Positions 12,715 through 26,969 of a DNA stretch of 64,000 nt are shown here, piece after piece (the first letter of the stretch is position 1; the number at the start of each line of letters is the position of its first letter). Position numbers and translations under genes: made by a program. The DNA lies in the NCBI RefSeq assembly GCF_018350175.1, contig NC_058368.1, positions 227,976,001-228,040,000 of the forward strand, given 5' to 3'. Under the pieces are notes generated by a model that was given only the letters and a program-made list of their open reading frames with translations, was not told the DNA's origin and ran no database searches. Origin of the DNA: Felis catus. Lineage: Eukaryota.

Positions 12715-13280
12715 CCAGGCTGTTTCTGAAATAACTCCCCGTGGCCCGGAGGCAGCGGAGGGGAGGTGACTGGGGCCGGAGGTATTTACTGTGACCCAGT
12801 GCAGGGGGCTGATACACTGACTGGTGCATGATTTTCCGTCTCTGGCCTGCTGGGCTGCTCAGAATGGACACATGTACCCCCTCCAACATTCGTTCCGTAA
12901 TGAGTGCATTGTCCCCGCCCCAGGAGGCAACCTGAAGCTGTGTCCAGCTTTTGCAGCTAGTGGTGATGTCTTCAGGGCTCCTGGTGATGGTGCTCGCTCT
13001 GGTGATGGTGGTGCCATGATCCAGGCGAGGTGTGTCTCTAGAGCTGGGGACGAAGTGCTAAATTATTAGTCATCCTCAGCATGGAATGGTGGTGGGAACA
13101 GGCCCGCTGAAACCCAAAACATGCCCATTCAAAAAATACTGGAAGGAGTAGAAGGCTTCATGAACCCACCATGGTCTGGCCCCTGGTTCATGGCCCTTCC
13201 AGAGAGCAGCACCACCTCTCTGATCATTCTTCTTCAGTCACATCTCTTCTTTAACCCCCTCTCTCGTCTATGTCATCCAC

Positions 13281-13493
13281 TTTTTTTTTTAATGTTTATT
13301 TTTGAGAGACAGAGAGAGAGAGAGAGAGCATGAGCGAGTGGAGGAGGGGCGGAGAGAGAGGGAGACAGAATCTGAAGCAGGCTCCAGGCTCTGATTTGTC
13401 AGCCCAGAGCCTGATGCGGGGCTGGAACTCAGGAGCTGTGAGATCATGACCTGAGCCGAAGACAGATACTTAACTGAGCCCCTCAGGTGCCCC
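13281..13493 (-). mobile_element. CAN-SINE
   Basis: Reverse SINE; TSD c(a/g)tccactttt. Confidence 0.9.
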
Positions 13494-13509
13494 CTCCATC
13501 GTCCACTTT

Positions 13510-13696
13510 TCAGTGCCCTTGTGATTCCACTCAGCTCACTTGTGTGATCCAGGATACTCTCCCCATGTTAAGGTCAGCTGATTAGCAACCTGAATTCCAT
13601 CTGCACGGAGTTTCCCATTGCTGTGTATACTAACACACTCACAGGTCTAGGGGTTAAGAGGTGACATCTCTCGGGGCTGGTATTCTGCCTGCTACA
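13510..13696 (-). mobile_element. MaLR LTR fragment (MLT1-like)
   Basis: gatccaggatactctccccatgttaaggtcagctgattagcaacc...tattctgcctgctaca. Confidence 0.75.
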
Positions 13697-14151
13697 ACAG
13701 GTATCTTCTACACTTGGGTCCGACATCTGTCCGAGGGACTGAGCAAGAGGCAGGCAGGGAGCATTTCCGGTGCTGAACCCTGCGTACAGCTTCAGCTTGA
13801 TTGCCTTGTAGGTTTCACGTCCTAGGACTCTCCTTGCTTCCAATCGGAGCAGGAGGCGACACCAGCCAGAGTTTGGTCATGCCTCCGTCCGTGTTCCCCA
13901 GGAGGCCTGGGGCTCCTGTCCATTCCCATTGCACAGAGGTTCTCTAAGTACCACCAGCGATCCCAGAGTGGGGGCGGGGCTCAACTTGTTCCAGGGGGCC
14001 CTTGAGATCAGAACCTTGTTCATACTAATAGGCCATCTCATTGTGGAGCTGTTTCCCAGTGGCTTCCTGGCATGGGGCAGTGTTGCTGCTCCAATGGCTG
14101 GTGGAATGTGCTGGTGTTTTCTTGTGTTTTCAACATGTCTCAGTTTTATCT

Positions 14152-14376
14152 ATATTTTTAAAGTTTTATTTATTTATTTTGAAAGAGTGAGAGCGAGAGT
14201 GTGCAAGCAAGTTGGGGAGGGGTAGAAAGAGAGAGAGAGGGAGGGAGGATCCCAAGCAAACTCTGTGCTGTCAGCGGGGAGCCCAATGTGGGGCTCGATC
14301 TCGTGACTTGTGAGATCATGACCTGAGCAGACATCAAGAGTCCGATGCTTAAAAGACTGAGCCACCCGGGTGCCCC
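14152..14376 (-). mobile_element. CAN-SINE
   Basis: Reverse SINE ending ccgggtgcccc. Confidence 0.9.
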
Positions 14377-15589
14377 TCAGTTTAAATTTTGAATGAAGTA
14401 AATATAGGTAGATACATGCACACAGATACGTAACCCACATGCACACAGGCTTTGGGTCCTTGATAATTTTTAAGAGTGTAAGGGGTTCTTGAGACATACA
14501 AGTTTGGGAACCACCATCCTAGCCATTTAACAATGTCAACCTTCAAGTTTGGATGGGGACAGGCATTTGGGGTGTCACCTGGGGGGCTGCACCTGCTCAT
14601 AAGCTCAGTTGAAGAGGAATAAACTATGGAAAGTGTCCTTGCTTTTTTGGAGTGGGAGGGGCCTGGGTCTGTCCGGTCAGCCCTGAATGGCACTGGTGCT
14701 GGGGGGTTGCATCAGCATTAACTGGGAGTCAGGAAAGGTACAAAATCCTGGGTCCTTTGTAAAGTGGTGCTGATTCACGGCTTTGCAAAGGCTTGAGAAT
14801 CTGTATTTATTTGAAGCGTCTGAGATAATTCAAGTGCCTGCCAGGTTTAGGAATGATCGCTTAACCTGCCAGATGTGCCCTTTTTAGAAAATCAGGAGAT
14901 AGAGGTTGTTAACATAGACACCCAAATTCTGAGCAGGTTGGGGTGGGACAAGGTGGAGAGGGAAGGTAGTGGGGGCCAATTTGGGAGTGAGAGACTGACA
15001 CATAATTGCCCACATTCCCTCCTTTACTTGGAGGAGTTGAGAGATCCAGACGCTATCAGACTGATGGAGATGAAAATACTTACCTGTGGTTACCGACCAA
15101 GGTGGTCGGCAACTGGCTTTCTGTCTGCAGTCAACCAGCTCTCCCCACCTGCTGGGGAAGGGAAGCGTCCCTGTGGGAGCTGCCCCTTCCAGTGGGGATG
15201 GCAGCAGCCTCATAGAGGGCAGCAAGGAGGATGGGGGGAGAGAGAGAGAGAGAGAGAGAGGGAGGGACCTAGCGTGATCTACTTCTGTCCTATTTCCAAA
15301 TCAGAAAACCCACATATGTCACTCCTCCCCACAGGCAAAAATGAATGAGGGAGGGGGAGAGCCAGGAGTGGGAATCTACCTGAAGTCCCTCCCCATGGAG
15401 GAATGAGGTGTGGGGAGTAACTAACATTCATCAATCTCCTCTACAAATGTTTATATGATCGACCCTGAGCATGGTGTTGGGGGCCAGGATGCAATGAATG
15501 CAATCCTGGCTCCAAAGAGCTCATGAGTTTTCTTCAGAAGTGTGTTTCCTAGACCACGGATGTCCAAATCATCTGGAATTTCACTTTAA

Positions 15590-16870
15590 TGTGTGTTTAT
15601 TGAGCACCTATTATGAGCACAGTGCTATTGTAGGTATTGGGATTCAGCAGTGAAAACCAAGTCCCTTCCCTCCTTAGCTTCCATTCTAATGGGGATAGTA
15701 TGTGCTATGTCAGCTGCTGCTGAACACCGTAGACAAAAATCAGTGAAGCAAGGGGGCTGGAGAACTCTATGGAGATGGGATGGTGGGCTTGTTACTTTAT
15801 ATAAAGTAATCAGGAGTTGCCTCACTTGAAGGGGCAATTGAGCAGGGTCTTGAAGGACTTGAGAGAAGCGTGTGGATATCTGGCAAACAGGGCTCCAGGG
15901 AACAGGAACATCGTATGCAAAAATCCTGTGGCCTGAGTGATTGTCATGCTCATGGAACAGCTGAGGGAGGTTGTATGCCTGGAGGGTGGTGGACAAAGAG
16001 GCAAAGGGGTAGAGGGTGGAGTAAGAGAGATATGGAGAGACCATGGGGGCCCTGGTAGGATAAACATGTTTCGCCATGCTGAGGGGACGGTTGTGGTTTG
16101 TGTGGGAAAGTAGAATGACTTGGTAGCTATTGTTGTAATTTGGGGAGTGGGGAGGTAATGGTGGCTTGGGCAGGAGTGCTAGTGTTGGTTGAGCTAAGAA
16201 ATGGTCAGATTCTGGATGTATCTTGCAGCAGAGCTGATAGGATTCGATGACCGATTAGAAGTGAGAGGAGGTATGAGAAAGCACAGTCAGGGAGGACTCC
16301 ACGGGTTTCTGCCTTAGCACCTGGAAGGATGAAGCAGCCCTGAGATGGGGAGGATGCTGGGAGGGGCATGTTTGGGAGGGTAGTGGGACATGACTTGTGA
16401 AGTGCTGAGTTTGACACTAGTTGGACATCTGCATGGAGAGTATGTGTGTCCAAAGCTAGAGATCGGAGGAGCGGTCAAATTTGCTGAGAGGGATTTGGAG
16501 CTTCAGTGAGATCATCCAGTTAGTGAAAAAGAATCGAAGCCTGGGTTCTGAGACAACTTGACCTTCAGAGGTCTGGGAGCTGAGAGGAGGAGCCAGCGAG
16601 TCAGAGCAGAATCAAGAGCAGGTGTCCCGGGTCGCGTGAACAACGTGTTTCAAGAAACGATTTGCTTTGTCAAATATGGCTGAAAGTTAAGATGCAGACA
16701 GAAGTTCCCGTTGGATGTAGCCACACGGAGGCCCCAGTGCCTTTGATGAGCTGTTTCAGGAGTTGAGAAGCCAAAAGCCGGATGGTGTGTGTTCAGGAGA
16801 GAATCACGAATGCCATGGGAGAGAAGAAGGAGGAACCATTCTTTAGAGGTGTTTGGATGAGAGGGGAGGT
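15590..16870 (-). mobile_element. Ancient L2 LINE remnant
   Basis: Starts with the L2 3'-end signature tttattgagcacctattatg..., followed by purine-rich degenerate L2 body. Confidence 0.7.
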
Positions 16871-17452
16871 AGGGGGTTGGGGAATATGGGATCAAATTCA
16901 TTCACTCCACACATATTTGTTGAGTACCTACCATTGTCCCAGGAGTCTGAGTTACTCAAGAATCCTCCCGGTGGAGCAGCTTAGTTATAGTCAAGGGAGG
17001 CCTGGAACAAGCACATTTCATTTGCATGTGACAAGAATGCTAATGCTGTGGATAAAAGGGAGGGAGAGGAGTCAGGAGCTTCAAGTTTGCCTGGTGGGGG
17101 AGGGGAATTGGGATTTCAACAGTGTGGTTGAGTTAGCCTGATGGTGGCGGTGATATTTGAGGCAGGAACCTGCAGCAGGCGTAGGCGGTGGCCACGGGGA
17201 TACTTGGGGAAGGACCACTGTAGCAAAGGGGACGGTGGCTGCAACAGCCCCAGGTCGGAGTGTGGCTGGAGGGGCGTGAGCTAATAAGGAGATGGGTCCT
17301 AGAGGTAGATGGGGGCTGGGAGGTTTGTGTAAATGGGGTGCGGGTCTTGGAGACCTTTGTGAAGGTTTTGGCTTTTACTCTTAGTGACACAGGGAACCAC
17401 TGGGCAACAGAGGGGGTTGGCTGGGTCAGTACGGGTGTTGGTGGTGGGAACC

Positions 17453-17887
17453 GGGTGTTTAGGGCTCTCCAGAGACACAGAACCAATAGGCTGGCCATAT
17501 GATCTACCTATATGTCAAGAGAGATTTGTTTTAAGGAATTGGCTCACAGAATTGTAGAGCCTCATGCATCTGGTATCTTGAGGGCAGGCTAGAAGACTGG
17601 AGGACTCCTCCTCCCCAGGGAGGAGTTGATGCTCAGCTCAGGTCTGAAGGCAGTCTGGAGGGGCCATTCCCTCTTCCTTGGGGTATCTCCAACTTTTTTT
17701 TTGAGGCCTACAACTGATTGAATGAGGCCCACCCCCATTATGGCGGGTAATCTGCTCTACTCAAAATCTACTGTTTCATTGTTAATCTCATCTAAGAAAT
17801 ACCTTCACAGCAACACCTAGATGAGTGTTTGGCCAAATATCTGGGTTCTGTGCCTAGCCAAGTGGACATATTAAATTCACTATCACC
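17453..17887 (-). mobile_element. ERVL solo LTR (MLT2-like)
   Basis: agggctctccagagacacagaaccaatagg...aaggaattggctcac...aactgattgaatgaggcccaccc...accttcacagcaacacctaga. Confidence 0.85.
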
Positions 17888-19426
17888 GCAGTGTGAAAAG
17901 GTGTTGGCTTCTGGTGCCACGGCATCTACCTCTCTAGGTTTTTATAACCTGGCTGGGAGGCAGGTGCTGTCCCAGACCGAAAACCATGGTGTGTCTGTGC
18001 ATGAATGTACACGATACCCTCCTCTCAGGAGGTTGGTGCTTGGCCCCATGAACATCACAACTGCACCAGCTGTTCCCCTCAGTTCTCTCAGAATCCCCAT
18101 GGAGCTCATGTGCGGCCCCGTCCTCAGGCCTGAGCCGCAGTTTAGGGCCTGAATCTTATTTGGGAGATTTGTCCTTCTCATCTTGTCTCCTTGGCTCTCT
18201 TCTGAGATGCTGTGCAACCTTCTGTGGGCCTTCCTTCTCCATTGGCCAAAACAGGGGAAAGAGAAGAAAACCCCCTAAAATCCTTATGTAATTCAACTCC
18301 TAGGAATCACCCTCCCTGAGGGCATCTTATTTCAGATGTCCCGTTGTGTCCTTATGTGTCTGACTCCCATTTGGCTTGGGCTGGGGCCCAGGATAGTTGT
18401 GTGAGAGACCCATGACCATTCCCTCCAGCCTCAAAGGAGACCGGGAGCTGCCAGTCTGGCGGTGAACCAGAGAGGCATGATGGGGAGGGATTTAGCCAGA
18501 GCTAGGAAAGAGGAGGGTGGAAGAGGAGCTGTGGATGTCTGCGTGTGAGAAATCTGCAACAGCACTGGGGTGCAAGAGAATGGGGCAGCAGAAGGAAGGG
18601 GCCTTTGAGAAACGTCGCTCTGGGTTATGAGTCAACCCCCCTTTAATATTCTTGGAGATATGCAGGCAACAATTAGATTCTTTCTATTGGAGTGTGGTTG
18701 ACATAAATGTCATGTTAGTTTCAGGTGTACAATAATTAGAATTTTTTGAAACCGCTTTTGGCTCCTGGGTGCTGATACTTTGTACGTAGGGCTCCACGGG
18801 GAGACTGAGCCACCTAGCTGTTTAGGGTGACAAGTGTCTGCTTGATCACGTGTGGTAGAAAAAGTAAGAAGGTTTTGCAGTCAGACACATCGTGACATTC
18901 CAGCTAGGTGGCCTACAGTGAGATGCTTCTCAAAGCTGTAGTTTTCACGCGTTAGGTGGGGTGAGTCAGGCCACCCTGCGAGGTTGTCATGGGGATGCAG
19001 TGACCTGAGGCGTGCAGCGTGGCACATGGGACTTACCCAGAAGTGGTTACTAAGCCTTCCCTCAGTCTTCCCACTTTCCTGCCTTGCCCATCATCTACAT
19101 GGACCTGACTCCATGTTCTGCTTCTGCTAATGGAGAATGGAGATCTTCTAAAGACCGCTGACTCTTGGCATGGCATTCGCTGCTGAGGGGATGGGGGGGG
19201 GTGTGGGGGGGTGGGGGGTCGGTGGGTGGGGGCTACAGACGTGCCAGTTACAGGAACAGAGATGGAAGAACGGCATGCTTCTCACGCCCCTCCAGGCGTT
19301 CCCAGCGAAGTCGGGAACTGGGGAGGTGTAGAAGGCAAGCCTGGACTGGAAGACCATTCCCTGAACGAGGAGAGGCTGAGAAGTTACAGCTCCCCGTATG
19401 TGCTGGACATGTTTATCCTTTATCTT

Positions 19427-19860
19427 TTTTTTTTAATGTTTATTTACTTTTTTTTTTTCAACGTTTATTTATTTTTGGGACAGAGAGAGACAGAGCATGA
19501 ACGGGGGAGGGGCAGAGAGAGAGGGAGACACAGAGTCGGAAACAGGCTCCAGGCTCCGAGCCATCGGCCCAGAGCCTGACGCGGGGCTCGAACTCACGGA
19601 CCGCGAGATCATGACCTGGCTGAAGTCGGACGCTTAACTGACTGCGCCACCCAGGCGCCCCTACTTTTTTTTTTTTTTTTTTGAGAGACAGAGCATGAGC
19701 AGGGGAGGGGCAGAGAGAGAGGGAGACACAGAGTCGGAAACAGGCTCCAGGCTCCGAGCTGTCGGCACAGAGCCCGACGCGGGGCTCGAACCCATGAACT
19801 GTGAGATCATGACCTGAGCCGAAGTCGGACGCTTAACCGACTGAGCCACCCAGGCGCCCC
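19427..19860 (-). mobile_element. Nested CAN-SINEs: young copy (~19455-19661) inside the tail of another
   Basis: Inner TSD tac(t)n; outer TSD tcctttatctt 19416-19426 / 19863-19873. Confidence 0.93.
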
Positions 19861-20175
19861 TCTCCTTTATCTTAATTAATGACTCGTAGAGTTGCTGTTA
19901 ATGGGCCATGCTATCAAGAATGCTCATGTGAGTGACACTCCATAATCAGGTATTTCCAAAATGCCAATGCCTCCCTCCTCAGCAACAGAATTGCTTGGAG
20001 ATTAGCTCCACCTGGTGGAGGAGCCTAAAAAGAATGAAACTGACGTATTGTTAGAGGTTAAGGAATCGAGGCAAAATAAATATGAAGTTTAATATTATTT
20101 TTTTTTCAGGAAATACCTTGGAGTTACATATAATCAGACCATGCATTTTGTGTGAAACTATTTTAAATATATATA

Positions 20176-20285
20176 TTTAAAGTTTATTCTTTTTTTTAGT
20201 GGTCTCTACATCTAATGTGGGGCTCAACCTTGTGACCTTGAGATCCAGAGTCACATGCTTTTCCAAGTGAGCCAGCCAGACATGG
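20176..20285 (-). mobile_element. Short degraded CAN-SINE
   Basis: tctctacatctaatgtggggctcaac...tgagccagccag. Confidence 0.7.
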
Positions 20286-22020
20286 CTTAGAAGCACTTTT
20301 ATAAGTGATGAGGTCACTTTGTCAGGTGATACTGACTCTGTAGTTGTTTCTTAAAAAACGAAACGAGACACCTCCAGATGCCTTAGCCTTTATTTCTTTT
20401 TGGAAAATGCTGTTTCTTGGTTTGTCTCTCTCTCTCTTTTTCCCTTTATTCATTTGTTTTGTTTCTTAAATTCCACATACAAATGAGATCTTATGGTTAT
20501 TTGTCTTTCTCTGAATGACTTATTTCTCTTAGCACTATACTTTCTGGCTCTATCCATGTTGTTGCAAGTGGCAACGTTTCATTCTTTTTTATGACAATAT
20601 TCCATTATATGTATATATACTGTATCTTCATCCATTCATCTGTTGATGGACACAGGGTGCTTCCATAGTTTAGTTATTGTAAATAATGCTGCAATAAACA
20701 TAGGGGTGCATGTGTCCCTTTGAATTAGTGGTTTTGTATTTTTTTGGTAAAAACCTAGTAGTGCCATAGGGTAGTTCTGTTTTTAACGTTTCGAGGAATC
20801 TCCATAGTCTCTTTTCCACAGCGGCTGCACCAGTTTGCATTCCCCCCAGCAGTGCATGAGGATTCCTTTTCTCCACATCCTCGCCAATGCTTGTTGTTTT
20901 TTGCGTTTTTGATTTTAGCCGTTCTGACAGGTGTGAGGTGATACCTCATTGCAGTTTCGATTTGCATTTCTCTGATGATGAGTGATGTTGATCATCTTTT
21001 CAGGCATCTGTCAGCCATCTGTATGTCTTCTTTGTCTGTTCTTTTGTCTGTTCATGTCTTCTGCCCATTTTTTAATTGGAATACTTGGATTTTTGGTATT
21101 GAGTTGTATCAGTTTTTTATATATTTTGGATATTAACCCTTTATTGGATATGCCATTTGCAAATATTTTCTCCCATTCCATAGGTTACTTTGTACTTTTG
21201 TTGATTTTTTCCTTTGCTGTACAGAAACTTTTTATTTTAATGCAATACCAATAATTTATTTTTGCTTTTATTTCCCTTTCCTCAGGAAACATATCTAGAA
21301 AAATGTTGCTGGGGCCAATGTCAGAGAAATTATTGCCTGTGCTCTCTTCAGGGGTTTTTATAGTTTTAGGTCTCACATTTAGGTCTTTAATCCACTTTGA
21401 ATTTATTTTTGTGTATAGTTTAAGAAAGTGGTCCAGGTTCATTCTTTTGTGTGTAGTTGTCCAGTTTTCCCAACACCGTTTATTGAAGACTGCCTTTTCC
21501 CCATTGTATGTTCTTGGCTTCTTTATTGAAGATTGATTGACCACATGATTATGGGTTTATTTCTGCATTTTCTGTTCTATTCTATTGATCTACATGTCTA
21601 TTTTTATGCCAGAACCATACTGTTTTAACAACGACCACTTTGTAATATAACTTGAAATCTGAATTGTGATGCTTCCACTTTTTGTTTTTCAGGATTGCTT
21701 TAGCTATTTGAGGTCTTTTGTGGTTCCATACAGATTTTAGGATTGTTTGTACCAGTTCTGTGCAAAATGCTGTTTTGGTTTTTTGATAGGGATTGCATTA
21801 AATGTGTGGATTGCTTTGGGTAATATGAACATTTTAACAGTATTTGTTCTTCCAGTCTATGAGTATAGAATGTCTTTCCCTTTCTTTACATTGTTTTGAA
21901 TTTCTTTTATCAGTATTTTATAGTTTTCAGAGTACACGTCTTCTATCTCTTTGGTTAAGTTTATTCCTAGATATTTTGTTTTGGTGCAATAGTGAACAGG
22001 GTTGTTTTCTTTAATAAACT

Positions 22021-22251
22021 AATTTATTTTTTTATTTTTTAGAGAGAGTATGTGTGTGTGAGTAGGGTGGGGGGCAGAAGGAGAGAGAGAGAGAGAAAGA
22101 AAGAGAGAGAGAGGGAGGGAGAGAGAATCGTAAGCAGGCTCCATGCTCAGTGTGGACCCCAATGCAGGGCTCCACCCCACCACCCTGGGATCATGACTTG
22201 AGCTGAAGTCAAGAGTTGGACACTCAACCACATGAGCCACCCAGGTGCCCC
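22021..22251 (-). mobile_element. CAN-SINE inserted in L1
   Basis: Interrupts ORF2; TSD-like g(g/a)ttgttttctt. Confidence 0.88.
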
Positions 22252-22671
22252 TGGATTGTTTTCTTAATTTCACTTTCTGCTGCTTCATTATTAGTGTATA
22301 GAAATGCAACAGATTTCTGTATATTGATTTTGTATCCTGTGATTTTACTGAATTCATTTATCAGTTCTAGTAGTTTTCTTGTGGCGTCTTTAAGGTTTGC
22401 TATATGGAGTATCATACCATTTGCACATGGAGTTTTATTTTTTCCTTACTGATTTGAATGCCTTTTATTTCCATTTGTTGTCTAATTGCTGTGGCGATGA
22501 CTTCCAGTACTATGTTGAATAAAAGTATTGAGAATGGACATCCTTGTCTTGTTCCTGACCTTAGGGGAAAAGATCTAGGTTTTCAGCCTTGAGTATGATG
22601 TTGGCTGTGGGTTTTTCGTATAAGACCTTTATTATGTTGAGGTATGTTCGTCTAGACCTACTTTGCAGAGG

Positions 22672-22826
22672 TTTTTTTGTTTTGTTTTGTTTTTTGTTGT
22701 TTTAGTTTTTCTCTTTTTAAAGAAGTCTATTTATTTAAGTACTCTCTATGCCCACTGTGGGGCTCAAACTCACGAATCTGAGATCAAGAGTCACATGCTC
22801 TTCTCACTGAACCAGTCAGGCACCCC
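22672..22826 (-). mobile_element. Short CAN-SINE inserted in L1
   Basis: Interrupts ORF2; flanked by gcagagg(g)ttttt. Confidence 0.82.
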
Positions 22827-25800
22827 CGCAGAGGGTTTTTATCATGGATGGATGTTATATTTTGTTGAATGCTTTTTCTGCCATCTATTGAAATAATCAT
22901 GTGGTTCTTATCCTGTTATTGATGTGTTTGCGAATATTGTTCAGTTGATTGTTTTGTCAATATTGAACCCTTGCATCCCAGGAATTAGTCCCACTTGATT
23001 GTGGTATATGATTGTTTTTAATGTATTGTTGGGTTTGGCTTTTAATCTATTGTTGGGTTTGGCTAATATTGTGTTGAGGATTTTTGCATCTATATTCATG
23101 AGAAATACTGACTTGTAGTTCTCTTTTATTGTGGTGTCTTCATCAGGTTGTAGTATCAGGATAATATTGGCCTCATAGAATGAATTTGGAAGTTTTCCTT
23201 CCTCTTTTATTTTTTGGAATAGTTTGAGAAGAAAAGGTATTAACTCTTCTTTAAATGTTTGTTTGAATTCACTTGTGAAGCCATATGTTCTTGGACTGGT
23301 GTTTTTTGGGAGTTTTTTGATTACTGATTCAATTTCCTTGCTGGTAATCAGTCTATTCAAATTTTCTATTTCTTCCTGCTTTAGATTTGGTAGATTTTAG
23401 GTTTCTAGGAACCTATCTGCTTCTTCTAAGTTGTTCAATTTGTTGCATATAGATTTCATAATTTTTTGTTATAATTGTTTATATTTCTGTGGTGTTGTTA
23501 TTTCTTTTCTTTCATTGGTGATTTTATTTGGATTCTCTCTCTCTGTCTCTCTTGCTCTCTCTTTTGGATGAGTCTGGCTAGAGCTTTTTCAATTTTATTA
23601 TTTTTTTTAAAGAACCAGCTCCTGGTTTCATTGATCTGTTCTACTGTTTTTTTTTTTTTTTAGCTTCTGTATCATTTATTTCTACTCTAATATTTGTTAT
23701 TTCCTTCCTTTTACTGGGTTTAGGTTCTGTTTGTTCTTCTTCTTTTTTTTTTTTTTTTAGCTCCTTTAGGTTTAAGGTTAGGTTGTTTATTTGAAATTTT
23801 TCTTGATTCTTAAGGTAGGCCTATATTGCTATAAACCTCCTTCTTAGAACCACTCTTGCTGCATCCCAAAGGTTTTGGACCATTATGTTTCCAATTTTGC
23901 TCATTTCCATGTACTTTTTAATTTCTTCTTTGATTTCTTGGTTGATTCATTCATTATTTAGTAGCATGTTAATTAACCTCCATGTATTTGTGCTTTTTCC
24001 ATGTTTTTTTGTGTGGTTGGCTTCTAGTTTCATAGTATTGTGGTCAGAAAAGATGTATGGTATAACTTTGATTTTTTTGAATTTGTTGAGACTTATTTTG
24101 TAGCTTAATGTGTGATCTCTTCTAGAGGATGTTCTGTATGCAATTGAAAAGAATGTGTATTCTGCTGTTTTAGGATGGAATATTCTGAATATATCTGTTA
24201 AATCCATTTGGTTCAGTGTATCATTCAAAAAGCCACTGTTTCCTTGTTGATTTTCTGTTTGGATGATCTCTCCATCTATGCAAATGGGGTGTTAAAGTCC
24301 CACACTGTTATTGTATTACTATTAATTACTTCCTTTATATTTACTATTAACTGTTAAAGGTACTTGGGTACTTCCATGTTGGGTGTATAAATATTTACAA
24401 TTGTTATATCCTTTTGTTAGATTGTCCCCTTTATTATTATATAGTGTCGTTCTTTGTCTCTTGTTACAGTCTTTGTTTTAAAGTCTATTTTGTCTGATAT
24501 AAGTATTGCTACCCTGGTTTTCTTTTGACATCTGTTTGCATGATAAACATTCCCTCATCTCCTCACTTTCAGTCTGCAGGTGCCTTTTGGTCTGAAATGA
24601 GTCTTTTGTAGTTTGTTTTTCCACTGCATTACCCTGTGTCTTTTGATTGGAGCATTTAGTCCATTAACATGCAAAGTAATTATTGATAGATATGTATTTA
24701 TTGCCATTTTGTTACTTGTTTTGTGGTTGTTTCTATAGATTTTCTCTATTCCTTTCTTTTCTTGCTCTCTTTCATGGTTTGTTGGCTTTCTTAAGTGTAT
24801 ACGTGGATTCCTGTCTCCTTATTCTTTGCATTCTATTACTGGTTTTTGGTTTGTGGTTACCATTACGTTTGTATGTATTATCTTCTGCATATAGTAGTCT
24901 ATTTGAAGTTGATGGTTGCTTAAGTTTGAACCCATTCTTTACTCCTCCCCAGCCCCCCCCCCCCATATTTTAGGTGTATGATGTCATATTTTACATCCAT
25001 TTATTTTGTGAATCTCTTGACTGATTTTTGTAGGTATACTTACATTTGCTGCTTTTGTGTTTCCTACTTTTCTTACTCTTACTTATGGTCTTCTCTTTCC
25101 ACTTAAGGAGTCTCCTTTAGCCTTTTTTGTAGGGCTGATTTTGTGGTCATGAACCTCTTTAGCTTTTGTTTGTCTGAGAAACTCTTTATCTCTCCTTGTA
25201 TTCTGGATGGTAGCCTTGCTGGATAGAGTATTCTTGGCTGCAGAGTTTTCCCTTTCAGCACTTTGAATATATCATGCCATTCCCTTCTGGCCTGCAAAGT
25301 TTCTGCCAACAAATCTTCTGATAGCTTCATGGAGTTTCCCTTGTATGTCTTTTTTTACTTCTTTTACTGCTTTAAAACTTATTTATTTATCACTACTTTT
25401 TTGCCATTTTAATTACTATGTGTCTTGGTGTGGACTTCTTTGGGTTGAACTTTTGGGCAGATCTCTGTGCCTCCTAGATCTGGATATCTATTTTCTTCCC
25501 CAAATTAGAGAAGTGTTCAGCTATTATTTTTTCAAATAAATTTTCTCCCCCCCCCCCTTTTCTCTCTTGTTCTGAGATCCCTAGAATGTGAATGTCATTA
25601 TGCTTTATGGATTACGGTCTTACCCTTAATTTCTTGACAAAGCATTATTTTCACAAGAGTAATGCATTCCTTATGTCAGTTTTAAGCAAATCTAGGACCA
25701 AGTGTGTTTATGATTTCCTTGGACTTGAGGAAGGATTCCTATAAGCTCTGTGAGGCTAGGTAAACCATCTAGGGGTAGAGACAAGAAGCAGAGCTGAACT

Positions 25801-26792
25801 GATGGGAGGGTTTTGAGTTACATAGTCAAAACTTTCTCTATTTTTGTAGAAGTGTGACAATGTTGTGAAATGCAACAGACTGATAGGTTTTCTTTCTCTG
25901 GGTATGAGCAAGTGTCAAGGAAAGGGCCGAAGCAGGATGCAGAATCATTTCTTACTCAAGAATCTTAGACCAACTCTTTACCATCAAATATGCAGAAAGA
26001 CCGTGGGTAAGTTCTTGTCCTAGCCAGTTACCACCTGTCTTTATCATTTTGGGGAAAGGACTAGACTCCTCCAGGCCTGGGTTTCCTAATCTGTCCTGTA
26101 AGGAAATTGGGAAAGATGACCTTGTAAGATTCCATCTTTCAAGTTCTAGCAGTTGGGTCAAACCAGAAACATTGTTTGGGGCATAGGAGGAGAGGCAAAG
26201 TGGCCTGCCTCCCAAGACACACCAGGTGTGGGTTGAGAAAAGTAACTGTGTACAGGTGTAAGTTCACTGAGAATATGACCTCCCTGCTCAAAGAATTTAC
26301 CTGTGCCTTCAGGACCTGGTGGGCAGTCATTATGTAAGCCCAAATTTATGACCCCAAGGATTAGCAAACACTGGACTCATAACAGGAATTTCAGATGCCA
26401 TGAATACTAGAAGTTTCTATCAGGCTCAGTAGCAAGCCAGGGTTTTTTTCAAAAGAAGAGTTATTTCCAAAGCGGGCAAGGGGCCTCTGTTATGATTTTC
26501 TTCTCTCAGTTCCCCACAGCATCCCATCTTCCCCAGAGACTTCAAGGTAGGTCAGAAGGTCAGAGAGACTTGTACCAGATGGAGCTATGTCTTGCTCTGG
26601 ACCACTCAAAGCTGGAAACCTTGTACATTACTGTGTACATGGCAGGGACAGTGTACCCAAATTTAGGATATATTACCTCCAAAACCAAAGAAGCTCAACG
26701 AGAATTATGCTTCTTTCTAGTTCAAGAAATCCCATTTAGAATAGCAGCTGTAACTGGAATCAATCCCTGATTAAGCTTATTTCATGTCATTT

Positions 26793-26969
26793 CAGTGCTT
26801 CTCTACCAAGAGCAATTTTGTTCCCCAGAATGTCTGGAGACATTGTCACAAGTGGAGAGGCTGTGCTATTGGGATGTGGTGGCTAGAGGCCAAGGATGCT
26901 GCTCAACATTGCACAAAGCAAGAATTATCCAGCCCCAAATATTAGCAGAACCAGGACTGGGGAGCCCTG
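26793..26969. mobile_element. hAT-Charlie MITE (MER20-like)
   Basis: cagtgcttctc...aatgtctggagacat...tagaggccaaggatgctgct...aagaattatccagccccaaat...ccctg. Confidence 0.8.

Larger units (their letters stand above)
20430..25610 (-). mobile_element. Large disrupted L1 (3' part of ORF1 plus ORF2), carnivore-type
   Basis: ORF1 C-terminus (ETLQARREWHDIFKVLK..LQPRILYPARL, 25103-25330); ORF2 start MAINTYLSIITLHVNGLNAPIK at 24707; EN and RT fragments (23947-24228, 22941-23360, 22224-22415); C-terminal MRYHLTPVR (20755-20967). Many stops and frameshifts. Confidence 0.95.

Noticed and set aside
20430..25610. Potentially active L1
   Set aside because: No 5' UTR or ORF1 start, many frameshifts, two SINE insertions in ORF2.
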